Shown in pieces: positions 9,473-20,368 of a DNA stretch of 64,000 nucleotides. A program made the translations under genes and the position numbers. Source of the DNA: a bacterium (lineage in GTDB: Bacteria > Verrucomicrobiota > Kiritimatiellia > CAIKKV01 > CAITUY01); NCBI GenBank assembly GCA_037132275.1, contig JBAXPK010000009.1:1655-65654 (forward strand), read 5' to 3'. The notes beneath the pieces were generated by a model. That model saw only the letters and a program-made list of their open reading frames with translations. It made no database searches and was not told the DNA's origin. Every line of letters begins with the position of its first letter. Positions within the stretch are counted from its first letter, which is position 1.

Positions 9473-9546
9473 TGCCATGGGCGGTCAGTTAATCCGCGAG
9501 CCTTCGCTCGCCATCAACATCTTTCCGGCCTGACTGTCACCGACCC

Positions 9547-10827
9547 CTACGCCGCTGATTCCGCGACCTCGTCCAGGGTTACCCGTTGTGATGTGACCAT
9601 GGTTTTGGTGACGTGAAATTCGCTGATATTGCCCCGCTTCGGCACCTCGAACATGACTTCCAGCATCAGGTGCTCCAGGATCGCCCTGAGCCCGCGTGCG
9701 CCGGTGCCTTTTTTGGAGGCGATACGGGCCAACTCCTTCAATGCGGCGTCGGCGAAAGTCAACTTCACGTCTTCCATGGCCATGAGCTTCTGATATTGAC
9801 GGATCATCGAGTTCTTCGGTTCCACGAGTACCCGGACCAGATCCTCCTCGGTCAGGGGGTTCAGAATGGTAACAATCGGGAGGCGGCCGACGAATTCAGG
9901 AATCAGGCCATATCGCATCAGGTCTTCCGGCTCAATACGGGCATCAATCAGTTCCGCAGCACTTTTCTTCGCCGGCTCCCCGAAACCGAGGGTTTGTTTG
10001 TGCTTGCGACGCCGGAGAATGTCGTCCAACCCCACAAAGGCGCCGCCACAGATGAAGAGGATGTGATCGGTATTAATCTTGAGATATTCCTGTTGGGGAT
10101 GCTTCCGCCCGCCGCCCGGAGGGACGCTCGCTGTTGTGCCTTCGATGATCTTTAGCAACGCCTGCTGAACGCCTTCCCCTGAAACGTCACGCGTGATGGA
10201 GACATTTTCGGTTTTACGGGCAATCTTGTCGATCTCATCGATATAGATAATACCGCGTTCCGCCTTGGCAACGTCCCCATTTGCCGCCTGTATCAGGCGG
10301 AGAAGCACATTCTCGACATCCTCCCCGACATAGCCCGCCTCGGTCAGGGTGGTGGCGTCGGAGATGCTGAACGGGACATCCAGGCATTTGGCAAGCGTTC
10401 GGGCGAGCAGCGTTTTCCCGGTTCCAGTCGGCCCGATCATCAGGATATTGCTCTTCTCAATCTCCACATCCTTGAACACCCTGTTGGCTTCGGCGTGCAA
10501 CCCTTGTTGATGGCGCTTGTAGTGGTTATGAACCGCCACCGACAGGACTTTTTTGGTCTGCTCCTGACCGATGACGTACTGATTCAGGTAGTCGTAGATT
10601 TCGTGGGGCTTGGGTATCTTTAAGAGGGGCAGCGCTTTTTCCTTCTTAGGCGCTGGCGCTGCGGCAGCGGCCTCCGGCTTACCACCCTTATCAAACATAT
10701 CCTGGCAGAGCTTGGAGCAATTCTTGCAGATAAAGACACCGTCAGGCCCGGCCAATAGGTTTCCCGTCTCCGAGGGGTGCCGTCCACAGAATGAACAACA
10801 GGCTTCAGGCGTTTTGAATTTAGCCAT
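9547..10827 (-). CDS. clpX: ATP-dependent Clp protease ATP-binding subunit ClpX
   Basis: N-terminal C4 zinc finger (CSFCGR..CKNC), Walker A GPTGTGKT and IYIDEIDK. Confidence 0.97.
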   Translation of the reverse strand: MAKFKTPEACCSFCGRHPSETGNLLAGPDGVFICKNCSKLCQDMFDKGGKPEAAAAAPAPKKEKALPLLKIPKPHEIYDYLNQYVIGQEQTKKVLSVAVHNHYKRHQQGLHAEANRVFKDVEIEKSNILMIGPTGTGKTLLARTLAKCLDVPFSISDATTLTEAGYVGEDVENVLLRLIQAANGDVAKAERGIIYIDEIDKIARKTENVSITRDVSGEGVQQALLKIIEGTTASVPPGGGRKHPQQEYLKINTDHILFICGGAFVGLDDILRRRKHKQTLGFGEPAKKSAAELIDARIEPEDLMRYGLIPEFVGRLPIVTILNPLTEEDLVRVLVEPKNSMIRQYQKLMAMEDVKLTFADAALKELARIASKKGTGARGLRAILEHLMLEVMFEVPKRGNISEFHVTKTMVTSQRVTLDEVAESAA

Positions 10828-10848
10828 AGTATCCAGCTTTCTCTATAA

Positions 10849-11472
10849 TCAGCTCTTTTTGGCGCTGGTCTTTTGGTTTTTAACCAGAACCGAATCCACC
10901 AACCCGTAGGCGCAGGCCTCTTCGGCAGACATGAAGAAATCCCGATCGGAATCCTTGGCAATCGCCTCCAGGGATTTTCCGGTATGGAAGGCCAGGATTC
11001 CATTCAGGCGATCCCGCAGTCGCAGGATTTCCTTCGCCTGGATGCTGATGTCTGTGGCCTGGCCTTGGGCGCCCCCCCAAGGCTGATGGATCATGATGCG
11101 GGCGTTGGGCAGCGCAAAGCGCTTTCCCTTGGCGCCCGCAGTCAGCAGCACCGCGCCCATGCTGGCTGCCTGGCCAACACAATAGGTGGCCACATCGCAC
11201 TTTAGAAACTGGATCGTGTCGTAAATGGCCATGCCGGCCGTGACCGAGCCGCCCGGCGAATTGACGTAGAGGCAGATATCCTTCTCGGCGTCCTCGCTCT
11301 GAAGAAAAAGCATCTGGGCGATGATCAGGTTGGCCACATCGTCGTCGATCCCGCTTCCGATAAAGATAATCCGATCCTTCAGGAGGCGTGAATATATGTC
11401 ATAGGCACGTTCGCCGCGGCCTGTCTGTTCGACGACCATGGGTACCAGCATTTGATTATGGGATTGCATCAT
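10849..11472 (-). CDS. clpP: ATP-dependent Clp protease proteolytic subunit
   Basis: [28 protein letters not shown] catalytic triad context. Confidence 0.97.
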   Translation of the reverse strand: MMQSHNQMLVPMVVEQTGRGERAYDIYSRLLKDRIIFIGSGIDDDVANLIIAQMLFLQSEDAEKDICLYVNSPGGSVTAGMAIYDTIQFLKCDVATYCVGQAASMGAVLLTAGAKGKRFALPNARIMIHQPWGGAQGQATDISIQAKEILRLRDRLNGILAFHTGKSLEAIAKDSDRDFFMSAEEACAYGLVDSVLVKNQKTSAKKS

Positions 11473-11482
11473 AAACTCCTTG

Positions 11483-12793
11483 TCATTCCGGTGTGATGGT
11501 TGCCGCGGCGTGCAGGCTGTCCACAGCCTTGTCGAGCCGCAGGTTTCGGCGCAAGCCGTCCAGGGCTTCCCGTTTCTCCAGGTCGGCTTTCAATTGTTCC
11601 GGGCTGCTCCCGGAGCGCATGGCCATCTCGGCAATCCGCTGATTCACATCCGCCTCGGTCACGACAACCTTTTCCTCGTCCGCGATGCGGGTGAGGATGT
11701 AGTTCACCTTGACGCGGTCGGCTGAAGACTGTGCGGCGCGGTTAAAGATATCTTCACGATGCGACTCAATGTCATCCTTGCTGACGCCGCGGCGCATGTT
11801 TTCCTGGACCACGTCCTGGATGATGTGGCGCGCCTCTTCCTCGATGAGCGATTGAGGCAACTCAGTGAGCGGCGTGTGCTCCATCAGCCATTTGACGATC
11901 TCATCTTTCTGGCGCCCGATTTCAGTAAGCTCGCCCGTGGCCTGCAGATTTTCCTTCACCTTGGCGCGGAGATCGGCCAACGATTCGGCGCCGACTCCCT
12001 TGGCGAACTCATCGTTCAACTCGGGTGATTTTCGTTCCCGGATGCCGCGCGCGGTGACGGTATAAACGGCGGACTTTCCGGCGGCGGACTTGGCTCTATA
12101 ATCCTCAGGAAAACTGATGGTTACTTCGCGGGTTTGTCCAATCGCGATGCCTTCCAACTGGGCCTTGATACCCGGCAGGAACTCCGGCATGGCGTCGGAG
12201 AGTAGCACCCAGAAATCCTTGCCTTGGGCCAGTTCGGGGCGATCCGGCGCGACCTCGCTCATCGGGCGGCCATCACAGGCGCCGGCGTAGTCGATTTCCA
12301 CGACATCGTCCTTCTTCGCCACACGGTCAGTGACCGCTTCAAAATGGGCGTTTCGGTCGCGCATCCCGGTCATGACCTTGTCGATATCCTCGTCCTTCAC
12401 CTCCACCTTGCGGCGGGTGATGGCGATGCCCTTGCAGGGGGGCAAGGCGAACTCCGGGGTCAGATCCACGGTGACCTTGAAGGTCAGGGGTAGTTGTTTG
12501 GCCACCGTGACGTCGCTCACGTCCACCACGGCCACCGGTTTGAGGTTTTCCTGCTTGAGAGCCTCATGATAGGCCTTCGGGACGAGGCGCTCACGGGTTT
12601 CCTCAAGGGCATCCTTGGAAAATTTCTTTTCGACAATGGCGGAGGGGGCTTTCCCCTGTCGAAAACCGGGAATGCGTGCATGGGACGCGATTTCCCGGAT
12701 TACTTTCTGGTATTCGACCGTCACCTGTTCCGCCGGGACTTCAATACGCAGGGCCTTGCGGCAGGGACCAATTTGTTCAACGGCAACTTTCAT
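11483..12793 (-). CDS. tig: Trigger factor
   Basis: N-terminal ..[10 protein letters not shown].. ribosome-binding signature. It sits in tig-clpP-clpX synteny. Confidence 0.95.
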   Translation of the reverse strand: MKVAVEQIGPCRKALRIEVPAEQVTVEYQKVIREIASHARIPGFRQGKAPSAIVEKKFSKDALEETRERLVPKAYHEALKQENLKPVAVVDVSDVTVAKQLPLTFKVTVDLTPEFALPPCKGIAITRRKVEVKDEDIDKVMTGMRDRNAHFEAVTDRVAKKDDVVEIDYAGACDGRPMSEVAPDRPELAQGKDFWVLLSDAMPEFLPGIKAQLEGIAIGQTREVTISFPEDYRAKSAAGKSAVYTVTARGIRERKSPELNDEFAKGVGAESLADLRAKVKENLQATGELTEIGRQKDEIVKWLMEHTPLTELPQSLIEEEARHIIQDVVQENMRRGVSKDDIESHREDIFNRAAQSSADRVKVNYILTRIADEEKVVVTEADVNQRIAEMAMRSGSSPEQLKADLEKREALDGLRRNLRLDKAVDSLHAAATITPE

Positions 12794-12812
12794 AAGCGTT
12801 TTGTATTCTCCT

Positions 12813-14363
12813 TTATTCTTTCATCGCCATCAGGAATTCGGCGTTACTCTTTGTTTTCTTCAATCGGTTCACGATCAGTTCCATGGATTCCACCGCCGGA
12901 ACGCCGTTGACCGCACGTCGCAAAATCCAAATCTTACTCAGCTCGTCGGGATGGATCAAGAGTTCCTCTTTGCGGGTGCCCGATTTTTCCACATTGATCG
13001 CCGGGAAAATGCGCTTGTCAACCAGGGCGCGATCCAGGCAAAGCTCCATGTTTCCGGTTCCCTTGAATTCCTCGAAGATCACCTCGTCCATGCGGCTTCC
13101 CGTGTCCACCAGGGCTGTGGCGATGATCGTCAGGCTTCCGCCGTGCTCGATGTTTCGCGCCGCGCCGAAGAAACGCTTGGGTTTGTGCAGGGCATTGGCA
13201 TCCACGCCGCCCGAGAGGATCTTGCCGCTGTGCGGCTGCAGGGTGTTGTAGGCCCGGGCCAGACGCGTGATGCTGTCGAGCAGGATGCAGACATCCTTGC
13301 CGCATTCGACCATGCGCTTGGCCATTTCGATCACCATTTCGGCCACCTGGACATGCCGCTCTGGCGGCTCGTCGAAGGTGGAACTGAGCACATGCGCCTT
13401 GGTCGTGCGCTCCATGTCGGTTACTTCCTCAGGGCGCTCATCAATCAGCAAAACGATCAGGTAGGCCTCGGGATGATTGGCTGAAATGCTGTTCGCAATC
13501 TTCTGCAGGAGAACGGTTTTTCCCGTCCGGGGCGGCGCCACGATCAGGCCGCGTTGTCCCATGCCGATGGGGGTGAAGAGATCCATGACGCGCATGGAGA
13601 CCTCGCTGGGCTCCCGCTCGAGGATGAACCGGCGGTCGGGGAAAAGCGGGGTCAGGTTCTCGAAGGGAACCTTGCCCTTGGCCTTGTCGGGTTCGCCCAG
13701 GTTGATCTTGTCCACCTTGATCAGGGCGAAGAAGCGCTCCTTGTCCTTCGGGGCCCGGATCTCACCTTCCACCAGGTCGCCGGTTCGCAGGGCAAAACGG
13801 CGGATCTGGGACGGGGAGACGTAGATGTCCTCGGGGCAGGGAAGATAGTTGTAATACGGGGATCGGAGAAATCCGAAGCCATCCGGCAGGATTTCCAGGA
13901 CGCCCTTGCCATGCAAGGTGCCGCTCAGGCGGCCGTTGGCCTTCATGATCTCAAAAATCAACTCGTGTTTCCGCAGGGCGCCGAGATCGATGAGCCCGTA
14001 GGTCTCCGCCATGAGGTGGAGTTCGGGAACCGGTTTTAACTGCAGGTCGGATAAATTCAATGATTTTGGCGTGCCCTGCTGCCGCGGAGCTGAAGGCTGT
14101 CCTGCGCCAATATCCGGCATGGGATGGCCCTCCATCGGTTGCGTGGGTGCGCCCATCGGCGGCTGGGCATCCCCGTTAGACAACATCGGTTGCTGTTCGC
14201 CCGTGGCAACCTGCCCATTGTATTCCGGAGGGGGCAGGTGTTGGGGCGGGCGATCTACCATCATGTCCGGTTTTGGGGGACGCCTGTGTTGGGGGCGTCC
14301 ACCTCGGCCGCGATGTCCCCCTCGATGTTCCGGTCTGCCTGAATGATGTTGTCTCTCGTCCAT
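12813..14363 (-). CDS. rho: Transcription termination factor Rho with an Arg/Pro/Gln-rich N-terminal extension of about 120 aa
   Basis: Walker A PPRTGKT and the [15 protein letters not shown]-loop region. The start at 14361-14363 (MDERQ) is chosen because the longer ORF overlaps coaE. Confidence 0.93.
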   Translation of the reverse strand: MDERQHHSGRPEHRGGHRGRGGRPQHRRPPKPDMMVDRPPQHLPPPEYNGQVATGEQQPMLSNGDAQPPMGAPTQPMEGHPMPDIGAGQPSAPRQQGTPKSLNLSDLQLKPVPELHLMAETYGLIDLGALRKHELIFEIMKANGRLSGTLHGKGVLEILPDGFGFLRSPYYNYLPCPEDIYVSPSQIRRFALRTGDLVEGEIRAPKDKERFFALIKVDKINLGEPDKAKGKVPFENLTPLFPDRRFILEREPSEVSMRVMDLFTPIGMGQRGLIVAPPRTGKTVLLQKIANSISANHPEAYLIVLLIDERPEEVTDMERTTKAHVLSSTFDEPPERHVQVAEMVIEMAKRMVECGKDVCILLDSITRLARAYNTLQPHSGKILSGGVDANALHKPKRFFGAARNIEHGGSLTIIATALVDTGSRMDEVIFEEFKGTGNMELCLDRALVDKRIFPAINVEKSGTRKEELLIHPDELSKIWILRRAVNGVPAVESMELIVNRLKKTKSNAEFLMAMKE

Positions 14364-14365
14364 AG

Positions 14366-14956
14366 TTAGTCTCCGCGGATTGACCGCAATACCTGGTTTA
14401 CCTGCTCCTCCAGCAATGCTTTGCCGTCGCAATTATAAATAACATAGTCGGCCCGTTCCATTTTAGCCGACAGGCTCATTTGGGCTCCGATTCTGGCGTG
14501 TGCGTCCTCAGGGGAATGCCCGCGTTCCATCAGCCGGCGCAACTGATCGGTCTCCTGGGCGGCCACGCAAATGACCACATCCCATGCCTTTTCCGCCCCG
14601 ATCTCGTAAAGCAGCGGAATAATGGCGGCCACCCGGTCAGCCGTTGCCGCCTGTGCCGTGACCCATTCTTCGAGACGCCGCAGTATTGCCGGATGAGTCA
14701 GGGCGTTCAGTGTGGCCCGCTTCCCCGGGTCTTCAAAGACCAACTGACCCAGGATCGACCGGTCAATGCCGCCATCCGGACCGATGATTCCGATCCCGAA
14801 GGCCTTCACCAACGACGTTTTGACAGAGGCATCCTGCTCCATCACCGCATGCCCGATGTCGTCGGTCTCACAAATCGGAATTCCAGCCCGCGCCATGATT
14901 TCCCCAACCAAGCTTTTTCCGCAGGCGATACCGCCGGTTAATGCAATTTTGATCAT
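14366..14956 (-). CDS. coaE: Dephospho-CoA kinase
   Basis: [16 protein letters not shown]-loop at the N-terminus and typical length. Confidence 0.9.
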   Translation of the reverse strand: MIKIALTGGIACGKSLVGEIMARAGIPICETDDIGHAVMEQDASVKTSLVKAFGIGIIGPDGGIDRSILGQLVFEDPGKRATLNALTHPAILRRLEEWVTAQAATADRVAAIIPLLYEIGAEKAWDVVICVAAQETDQLRRLMERGHSPEDAHARIGAQMSLSAKMERADYVIYNCDGKALLEEQVNQVLRSIRGD

Positions 14957-15204
14957 GGTTGAGACAAGAAGGATGTGGGCAACAGCATACCTCTAGCTGC
15001 GCTGGACCGTGTTGAAATAATAGAAGGCTGAATTCAAATGGAGTAGGTTGTGCTGACACAAGGGAATCGGTTAGGATTCAGAAAAGTGTTGATGTTCTAT
15101 GCTATTAGCGGGGGGCCGTCAATACAATAGTTGTGCCCAACAGTAATTAACGCAGTCCTGTTTCCTGTTTATTACCGGCTTGCCGATGTGCTAGCATTCC
15201 GGCC

Positions 15205-15816
15205 ATGAACAAAGATCTTGAGGAAGTATTGGTGGTGGAACGGGCGTTGATTGAACGGATCGGTATGTTCCAGGGGCTTACCTTGGATACTCAACGGTAT
15301 CTTCCAGAATTGTTGAATCCGCGGAACTATCGTTTTGTGGCGCGTCACAAGGCGGAGCAAGACGATTCGCTGAAGCAGTTGATTCCGTATTTTCTGATTT
15401 GTCACGAGGATAAACTCTGGTGTTATGTCCGCGGGAAAAAATCCGGCGAAGAGCGCCTGGTGGCCAAGGCGTCCCTGGGTATCGGCGGTCATATGAACAA
15501 TCATGACCTGGATTTATTTGATCATATCTATGACCGCGCCGCGATCCGGGAACTGGAAGAGGAAGTGACGCTTCCTGCCGGCTATACACACAAGGCGGTG
15601 GCCTTATTGAACGACGATCTGACGCCGGTGGGCCGTGTCCATCTGGGCGTTATTCATGTTTTGCGATCCCCCACTCCCGACGTGCGAAAACGCGAAGGCG
15701 TGATCACGGAATCAGGGTTCCGCACCGTGGACGAACTCAGGGCGATGTATGACCGCTTGGAAACCTGGTCGCAAATTTGCATAGACCAGATTGACGGCTT
15801 GCTGGCGCGCGGGTAA
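15205..15816 (+). CDS. NUDIX-fold hydrolase-like protein
   Basis: GIGGH..x..AAIRELEEEV resembles the Nudix box GX5EX7REUXEEXGU. Exact substrate unknown. Confidence 0.6.
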   Translation: MNKDLEEVLVVERALIERIGMFQGLTLDTQRYLPELLNPRNYRFVARHKAEQDDSLKQLIPYFLICHEDKLWCYVRGKKSGEERLVAKASLGIGGHMNNHDLDLFDHIYDRAAIRELEEEVTLPAGYTHKAVALLNDDLTPVGRVHLGVIHVLRSPTPDVRKREGVITESGFRTVDELRAMYDRLETWSQICIDQIDGLLARG

Positions 15817-15822
15817 GGCGCT

Positions 15823-16788
15823 CTATTTCAGGCAGCCGGCCCGTCGTAGATTATTGGCGATCCGCTCGGCCACCGGCTCATCGGTAACCGTGAATGTGAG
15901 GCCGGTAACCTGCTCGTAGGCTTGAATATAGCGTTTGGCGGCCTCAATGCGGATCTCTTCCGGCAGTTCGGGAGGAGGGCCGTCACCCCGGAAATCCTTG
16001 GACACCAGCCATTCCCGGACATATTCCTTGTCGATTTTTCGCTGATCCTTCCCGGCCTTAAAAAGGGAGTCATAGGTGTCGGAAAACCAGTATCGCGATG
16101 AGTCCGGCGTATGGATCTCATCCGACACCACGAGTTTTCCGTTTAGCCGGCCGATTTCATATTTTGTATCCACCAGAATGAGCCCCTGTGCTGCGGCATG
16201 GTTGACGCCGGCATCGAAAAGCTTGAAGCAGAGGGCGGCGGCCGCATCATAGGTTTCCGCGTCGATCAACCCCTCCTGGATGGCTTCCTCCCGGGAGATG
16301 GGGCGGTCATGCTTCTCATGTTTTGTGGTGGGAGTGAGAATGGGGCACTCCAGTTTCTGGTCTTTCTTCATCCCTTCCGGGAGGGTATTGCCGCAGAAAT
16401 AACGCACGCCGCGCTCGTAGTTGTACCAGGCGGATGTTTTCGTGACCCCGGTGATATAACCACGGACAATGAATTCGAGCGGGAGTTGCTCGCACTCATG
16501 CACCACCATGACATTGGGATCCGGAATGGAGATCAGATGGTTGGGAACGATTTCCCGGGTCTTTTCAAACCAGAACGCGGCGAGTTGATTCAGGACCTGG
16601 CCCTTGAAGGGGATCGTGCCGATGATGCAGTCGAACGCCGAAACACGGTCCGTTGTAACGATGATTCTCTGATCCTTCTGGATATAACTCTCCCGCACCT
16701 TGCCCTGGAGCCGTTCGCCCAGTCCTGGAAAGTAGGTTTCGTTCAACGTGTTCTTCTGCTCGGCTCGGATGCGGTCTTCTGAAATCAT
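15823..16788 (-). CDS. purC: SAICAR synthetase (long form)
   Basis: GKVRESY..DRVSAFD..LVDTKYEIG motifs. Confidence 0.93.
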   Translation of the reverse strand: MISEDRIRAEQKNTLNETYFPGLGERLQGKVRESYIQKDQRIIVTTDRVSAFDCIIGTIPFKGQVLNQLAAFWFEKTREIVPNHLISIPDPNVMVVHECEQLPLEFIVRGYITGVTKTSAWYNYERGVRYFCGNTLPEGMKKDQKLECPILTPTTKHEKHDRPISREEAIQEGLIDAETYDAAAALCFKLFDAGVNHAAAQGLILVDTKYEIGRLNGKLVVSDEIHTPDSSRYWFSDTYDSLFKAGKDQRKIDKEYVREWLVSKDFRGDGPPPELPEEIRIEAAKRYIQAYEQVTGLTFTVTDEPVAERIANNLRRAGCLK

Positions 16789-16834
16789 AGTTGCTCTTTC
16801 CTCTTAATTACAGTGACTATTCTGTCATCCACCC

Positions 16835-17458
16835 TCATGAAAGCAATGTAATGCGCGTGGGGGTCATGGTCCATCCCCGTTGATTTTGAAAATGATCAAG
16901 GTGCCGACCGGCAAGGTTCCGGATTTCGAGGGTGAGTTCCCGGACTGACCGCTCGGACGCACTTTCTCCCAGAACGCTGGCGGCGGTCACCGCCAGCCCC
17001 TTGAGCCCCAGAAATCCCTGCCCGGAGGTCGCGTCCCAGACATCAGCGAAGGTAGCCAGGACAATCCGGATCCGTTCAAAGAGAATCAGTTCCATCCCGG
17101 CATCACGGGAGGTGATCAGGTGCCGGGTGTCGAGTACCCAAACGATTTCACGCCCGCAGGCGATCCAGGAGGCCGGATAGATGACCCGGTTTCCAAACAG
17201 CCGGATTCGCCGGGCCAGAACTCCTTCACCGGCAGCGTCCAGCGCATGCGCCAGCAATTCGCGGGACTGGCGCGGATCCATCTCTTCCGGGATGACTTCA
17301 ATCTGGTCGAGGTAAAGCGCCACGCCCTGGGCCGCTTCCGTCAGCGGAGGGTGCGACCCCAGCGCCGGGTTTCCGCAAAGCGCGGGGACATCGCTCAGCA
17401 GATAATCTGCAATTCGTTCGCGCACGGTTCCGGCGAGAGTGGTGTCCTGCCAGATCAT
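16835..17458 (-). CDS. Hypothetical protein, translationally coupled to nrdR
   Basis: 207-aa ORF. Its start overlaps the nrdR stop (ATGA at 17458). No recognisable motif. Confidence 0.45.
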   Translation of the reverse strand: MIWQDTTLAGTVRERIADYLLSDVPALCGNPALGSHPPLTEAAQGVALYLDQIEVIPEEMDPRQSRELLAHALDAAGEGVLARRIRLFGNRVIYPASWIACGREIVWVLDTRHLITSRDAGMELILFERIRIVLATFADVWDATSGQGFLGLKGLAVTAASVLGESASERSVRELTLEIRNLAGRHLDHFQNQRGWTMTPTRITLLS

Positions 17459-17910
17459 CAGTGGGTTACCATTCCTTGGATTGCATTGATAAACTGATTC
17501 ACGTCTTTGAATCGCCGGTAAACGGAGGCAAACCGGACATAGGCCACCTCGTCAATTTTCTCCAGACGCTCCATTACTTTTTCGCCGATGATGTCGCTGG
17601 TGACCTCGCGCTCAAAATCATTCCCCAATTCCGTGATAATATTATCCACCAGAACTTCGATCTCTTCCATTCCGACGGGACGCTTCTCGCAGGCGCGGGC
17701 AATGCCGTTGATTAGTTTTTCGCGGGACAATTCCTCGTGGCGCCCATCGCGCTTGATGATATGGAGCGCCACCTTGACGACCTCTTCACGGGTAGTGAAA
17801 CGATGCTCGCAATTGACGCACACCCGGCGTCGGCGAATAACGTCCCCGGAGCGGGACGCCCGGCTGTCTATCACTTTATCCTCGTTATGACCGCATCGCG
17901 GACAACGCAT
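17458..17910 (-). CDS. nrdR: Transcriptional repressor NrdR
   Basis: MRCPRCGHNEDKVIDSR..C.NC zinc ribbon plus ATP-cone. Confidence 0.95.
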   Translation of the reverse strand: MRCPRCGHNEDKVIDSRASRSGDVIRRRRVCVNCEHRFTTREEVVKVALHIIKRDGRHEELSREKLINGIARACEKRPVGMEEIEVLVDNIITELGNDFEREVTSDIIGEKVMERLEKIDEVAYVRFASVYRRFKDVNQFINAIQGMVTH

Positions 17911-18047
17911 GGTTCACCTTGGCTTGTTGTTTGACTTCGAATTGTAGGAGAAAAACAGGTTTCGGTCAATAAGTCGAGATTTCAGGTTGAAGATTTATGC
18001 GTAGCGATTACACTGACGCCATTATTTGTAAAGAAAGAAGGTTAATT

Positions 18048-19124
18048 ATGGCGCGTGTATTTAACTTTGGTGCGGGTCCTGCAGTGCTTCCGGTTGAGGT
18101 TCTTGAAGAGGCCCAGAAGGAACTTCTGGATTTCAAGGGTTCCGGCATGTCTATCATGGAGCACAGTCATCGGGGCAAAGAGTATGATGCCGTACATCAG
18201 GAGGCGATAGAGAATGTCAGCAAACTTCTGAAGTTGTCGGATGATTACTCCGTCCTGTTTGTCCAGGGCGGCGCCAGCATGCAGTTTGCCATGGTGCCCC
18301 TGAATCTGTTGGGAGCCGGCCAATCTGCCGATTATGTCAATTCCGGCGCCTGGGCGGACAAGGCCGTCAAAGAGGCGAAGCTATGTGGGACCGTGAACGT
18401 CATTGCCAATACAGGCAAGGATATCCCGACCCGCATGCCCAAGAACGAAGACCTTAAATTTACCCCGGGCGCGGCGTATGTGCACATCACCTCAAATGAG
18501 ACGATTGCCGGTTCGCAGTGGAAAGTGTTTCCCAAGACGGAAGCGCCGCTGGTTGCCGATATGTCCTCGGATATTCTGTCCCGTCCCTTTGATGCCGGCC
18601 AATTTGGCGTGATCTATGCCGGCGCCCAGAAAAATCTTGGTCCCTCGGGATTGGCTCTGGTGGTGATGCGGAAGGAGCTGGCGGAACGGGTTCCGGCCAA
18701 TGCGCCCACGATGCTCAAATACAAGACGTATATTGAGGAGAACTCCCTGTACAATACTCCCCCGACATTCGGCATCTATATCCTGGCGCTGGTCACACGC
18801 TGGATGCTCAAATTGGGGCCTGAGGTCCTGTACAAGCAGAATGTTGACAAGGCCGCCAAGATCTATGCCGCCCTCGACGGCAGCACATTCTACAAGGGGA
18901 CGGCGGTCAAGGAATTCCGTTCCGATATGAACCTCACCTTCCGATTGCCCACCGAGGCCCTGGAAGAGACCTTTATCAAGGAAGCTTCCAAGCAGGGGAT
19001 GAAGGGCTTGAAGGGGCATCGCTCCGTAGGCGGCATCCGCGCCTCGATCTACAATGCCTTCCCGGTGGCCGGGGTGGATACCCTGGTGGCCTTCATGAAG
19101 GAATTTGAGAAGAAGAACGGTTAA
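18048..19124 (+). CDS. serC: Phosphoserine aminotransferase
   Basis: MARVFNFGAGPAVLP..SHRGKE..GAQKNLGPSG motifs. ATG at 18048 is preferred over the upstream start. Confidence 0.95.
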   Translation: MARVFNFGAGPAVLPVEVLEEAQKELLDFKGSGMSIMEHSHRGKEYDAVHQEAIENVSKLLKLSDDYSVLFVQGGASMQFAMVPLNLLGAGQSADYVNSGAWADKAVKEAKLCGTVNVIANTGKDIPTRMPKNEDLKFTPGAAYVHITSNETIAGSQWKVFPKTEAPLVADMSSDILSRPFDAGQFGVIYAGAQKNLGPSGLALVVMRKELAERVPANAPTMLKYKTYIEENSLYNTPPTFGIYILALVTRWMLKLGPEVLYKQNVDKAAKIYAALDGSTFYKGTAVKEFRSDMNLTFRLPTEALEETFIKEASKQGMKGLKGHRSVGGIRASIYNAFPVAGVDTLVAFMKEFEKKNG

Positions 19125-19126
19125 TG

Positions 19127-19196
19127 GTTATCAGTTATTTGGTGTTGGTTATTAGGGCTTGTTCCAACAACCATTAACTGATAACGATTAACGACT
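19127..19196 (+). terminator. Long imperfect hairpin downstream of serC
   Basis: AATGGTTATCAGTTA..TGGTGTTGG pairs with CCAACAACCA..TAACTGATAACGATT. There is no clear U-tract. Confidence 0.35.
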
Positions 19197-19200
19197 TCCC

Positions 19201-19277
19201 GCGCCTGTAGCTCAATTGGATAGAGCGTCAGCCTCCGAAGCTGAAGGTTGTGAGTTCGATCCTCGCCAGGCGCACCA
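19201..19277 (+). tRNA. tRNA-Arg (anticodon CCG), CCA encoded
   Basis: Acceptor GCGCCTG/CAGGCGC. Anticodon stem-loop CAGCC-TCCGAAG-GCTG with loop CTCCGAA. T-arm GTGAGTTCGATCCTCGC. Confidence 0.9.
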
Positions 19278-19300
19278 TACAACATCGGAACTTTTCCGAA

Positions 19301-20353
19301 TCATTTTATCCCGATTCCCAGATTGGGATCGGCATCGAGTTCCATGGCCTCGCCGAGTGGGCGCGTTGCCTCCAGCTTATGGAAAGCCAGGCCGGCGACC
19401 ATGGCGGCGTTATCGGTGCAATACCGGGAATCGGCGAGTACCAGTCGGATCCGTTTTTTATCCGCCATGACGCCGAGTTTCTCGCGCAGGCGTTTGTTCA
19501 GGGAAACCCCGCCGACCACGGCCATGGTTTGGGCCGATTCCGCCGCATGGGAGGAGCGCTGCACCAGGGTATCCACAATCGCTTCCTGATAACTGGCCGC
19601 AAGGTTGTTGATGTCCGCATCCGGACCGCTGCCGAGGGGATGATCCTTGATGTGATAGAGCAGGGCGGTTTTCAACCCGCTGAAACTGACGCAATATTTA
19701 GGGATGAGATCCGGCGTGCGGGCATGGAGTTTTCGTACAAAGCCGCGCGGGAACGTGACAAACTCCAGACTGCCGGTGCGGGCGGCCTTGTCAATGGCCG
19801 GTCCGCCGGGATACCCGAGCCCGAGGAGATTGGAGCCCTTGTCGAACGCTTCGCCGGCGGCATCGTCCACGGTGCGCCCGAGTTGATGATAATCGCCGAT
19901 GCTGTTCACCTGGATGAAGCAGGTGTGGCCGCCGGAGACAATCAGGGCTAGAAAGGGACAGAGAGAAGCGGGCGGCATCTCCGGATGTCCCAGAAAAATG
20001 GAGTAGATATGGGCTTCAAGATGATTGATGCCGATCAGCGGCTTGGCGAGGCGCAGGGCCAGCCCCTTCGCTCCCGAGAGTCCCACGAGCAGGGAACTCG
20101 TCAGCCCGGGCCCATGGGTGACGGCAATGGCGTCAATCTCCGGCCAGGAAAGGCCGGAAGCGCTGATTGCCTCGGCAATCACCCCGGGAAGGTGTTCAAC
20201 ATGCATGCGCGAGGCGATTTCCGGAACCACGCCGCCATAGGGTTTGTGATGGGCAATCTGGGTGTAAACGATGTTCGAGAGCACCGTGTGACCATCGCGG
20301 ACGACGGCGGCCGATGTCTCGTCGCAGGAGGTCTCTATGCCGAGGATGTTCAT
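19301..20353 (-). CDS. tsaD: tRNA N6-adenosine threonylcarbamoyltransferase
   Basis: MNILGIETSCDETSAAVV..HLEAH..SGGHT motifs. Confidence 0.95.
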   Translation of the reverse strand: MNILGIETSCDETSAAVVRDGHTVLSNIVYTQIAHHKPYGGVVPEIASRMHVEHLPGVIAEAISASGLSWPEIDAIAVTHGPGLTSSLLVGLSGAKGLALRLAKPLIGINHLEAHIYSIFLGHPEMPPASLCPFLALIVSGGHTCFIQVNSIGDYHQLGRTVDDAAGEAFDKGSNLLGLGYPGGPAIDKAARTGSLEFVTFPRGFVRKLHARTPDLIPKYCVSFSGLKTALLYHIKDHPLGSGPDADINNLAASYQEAIVDTLVQRSSHAAESAQTMAVVGGVSLNKRLREKLGVMADKKRIRLVLADSRYCTDNAAMVAGLAFHKLEATRPLGEAMELDADPNLGIGIK

Positions 20354-20368
20354 GTTATCTTTTGCGCC

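Noticed and set aside
14957-15204. Riboswitch or sRNA in the 250-bp coaE/Nudix intergenic region, which contains CTGAAT..ATTCAG inverted repeats.
   Set aside because: No conserved riboswitch core could be recognised by eye. The repeats are short and the region is most simply a divergent promoter. It may be worth an Rfam scan, but it is not reportable.
19216-19951. ORFs 19216-19470 and 19250-19951 (+) starting inside tRNA-Arg.
   Set aside because: They overlap the tRNA and run antisense to tsaD, which has unambiguous motifs.
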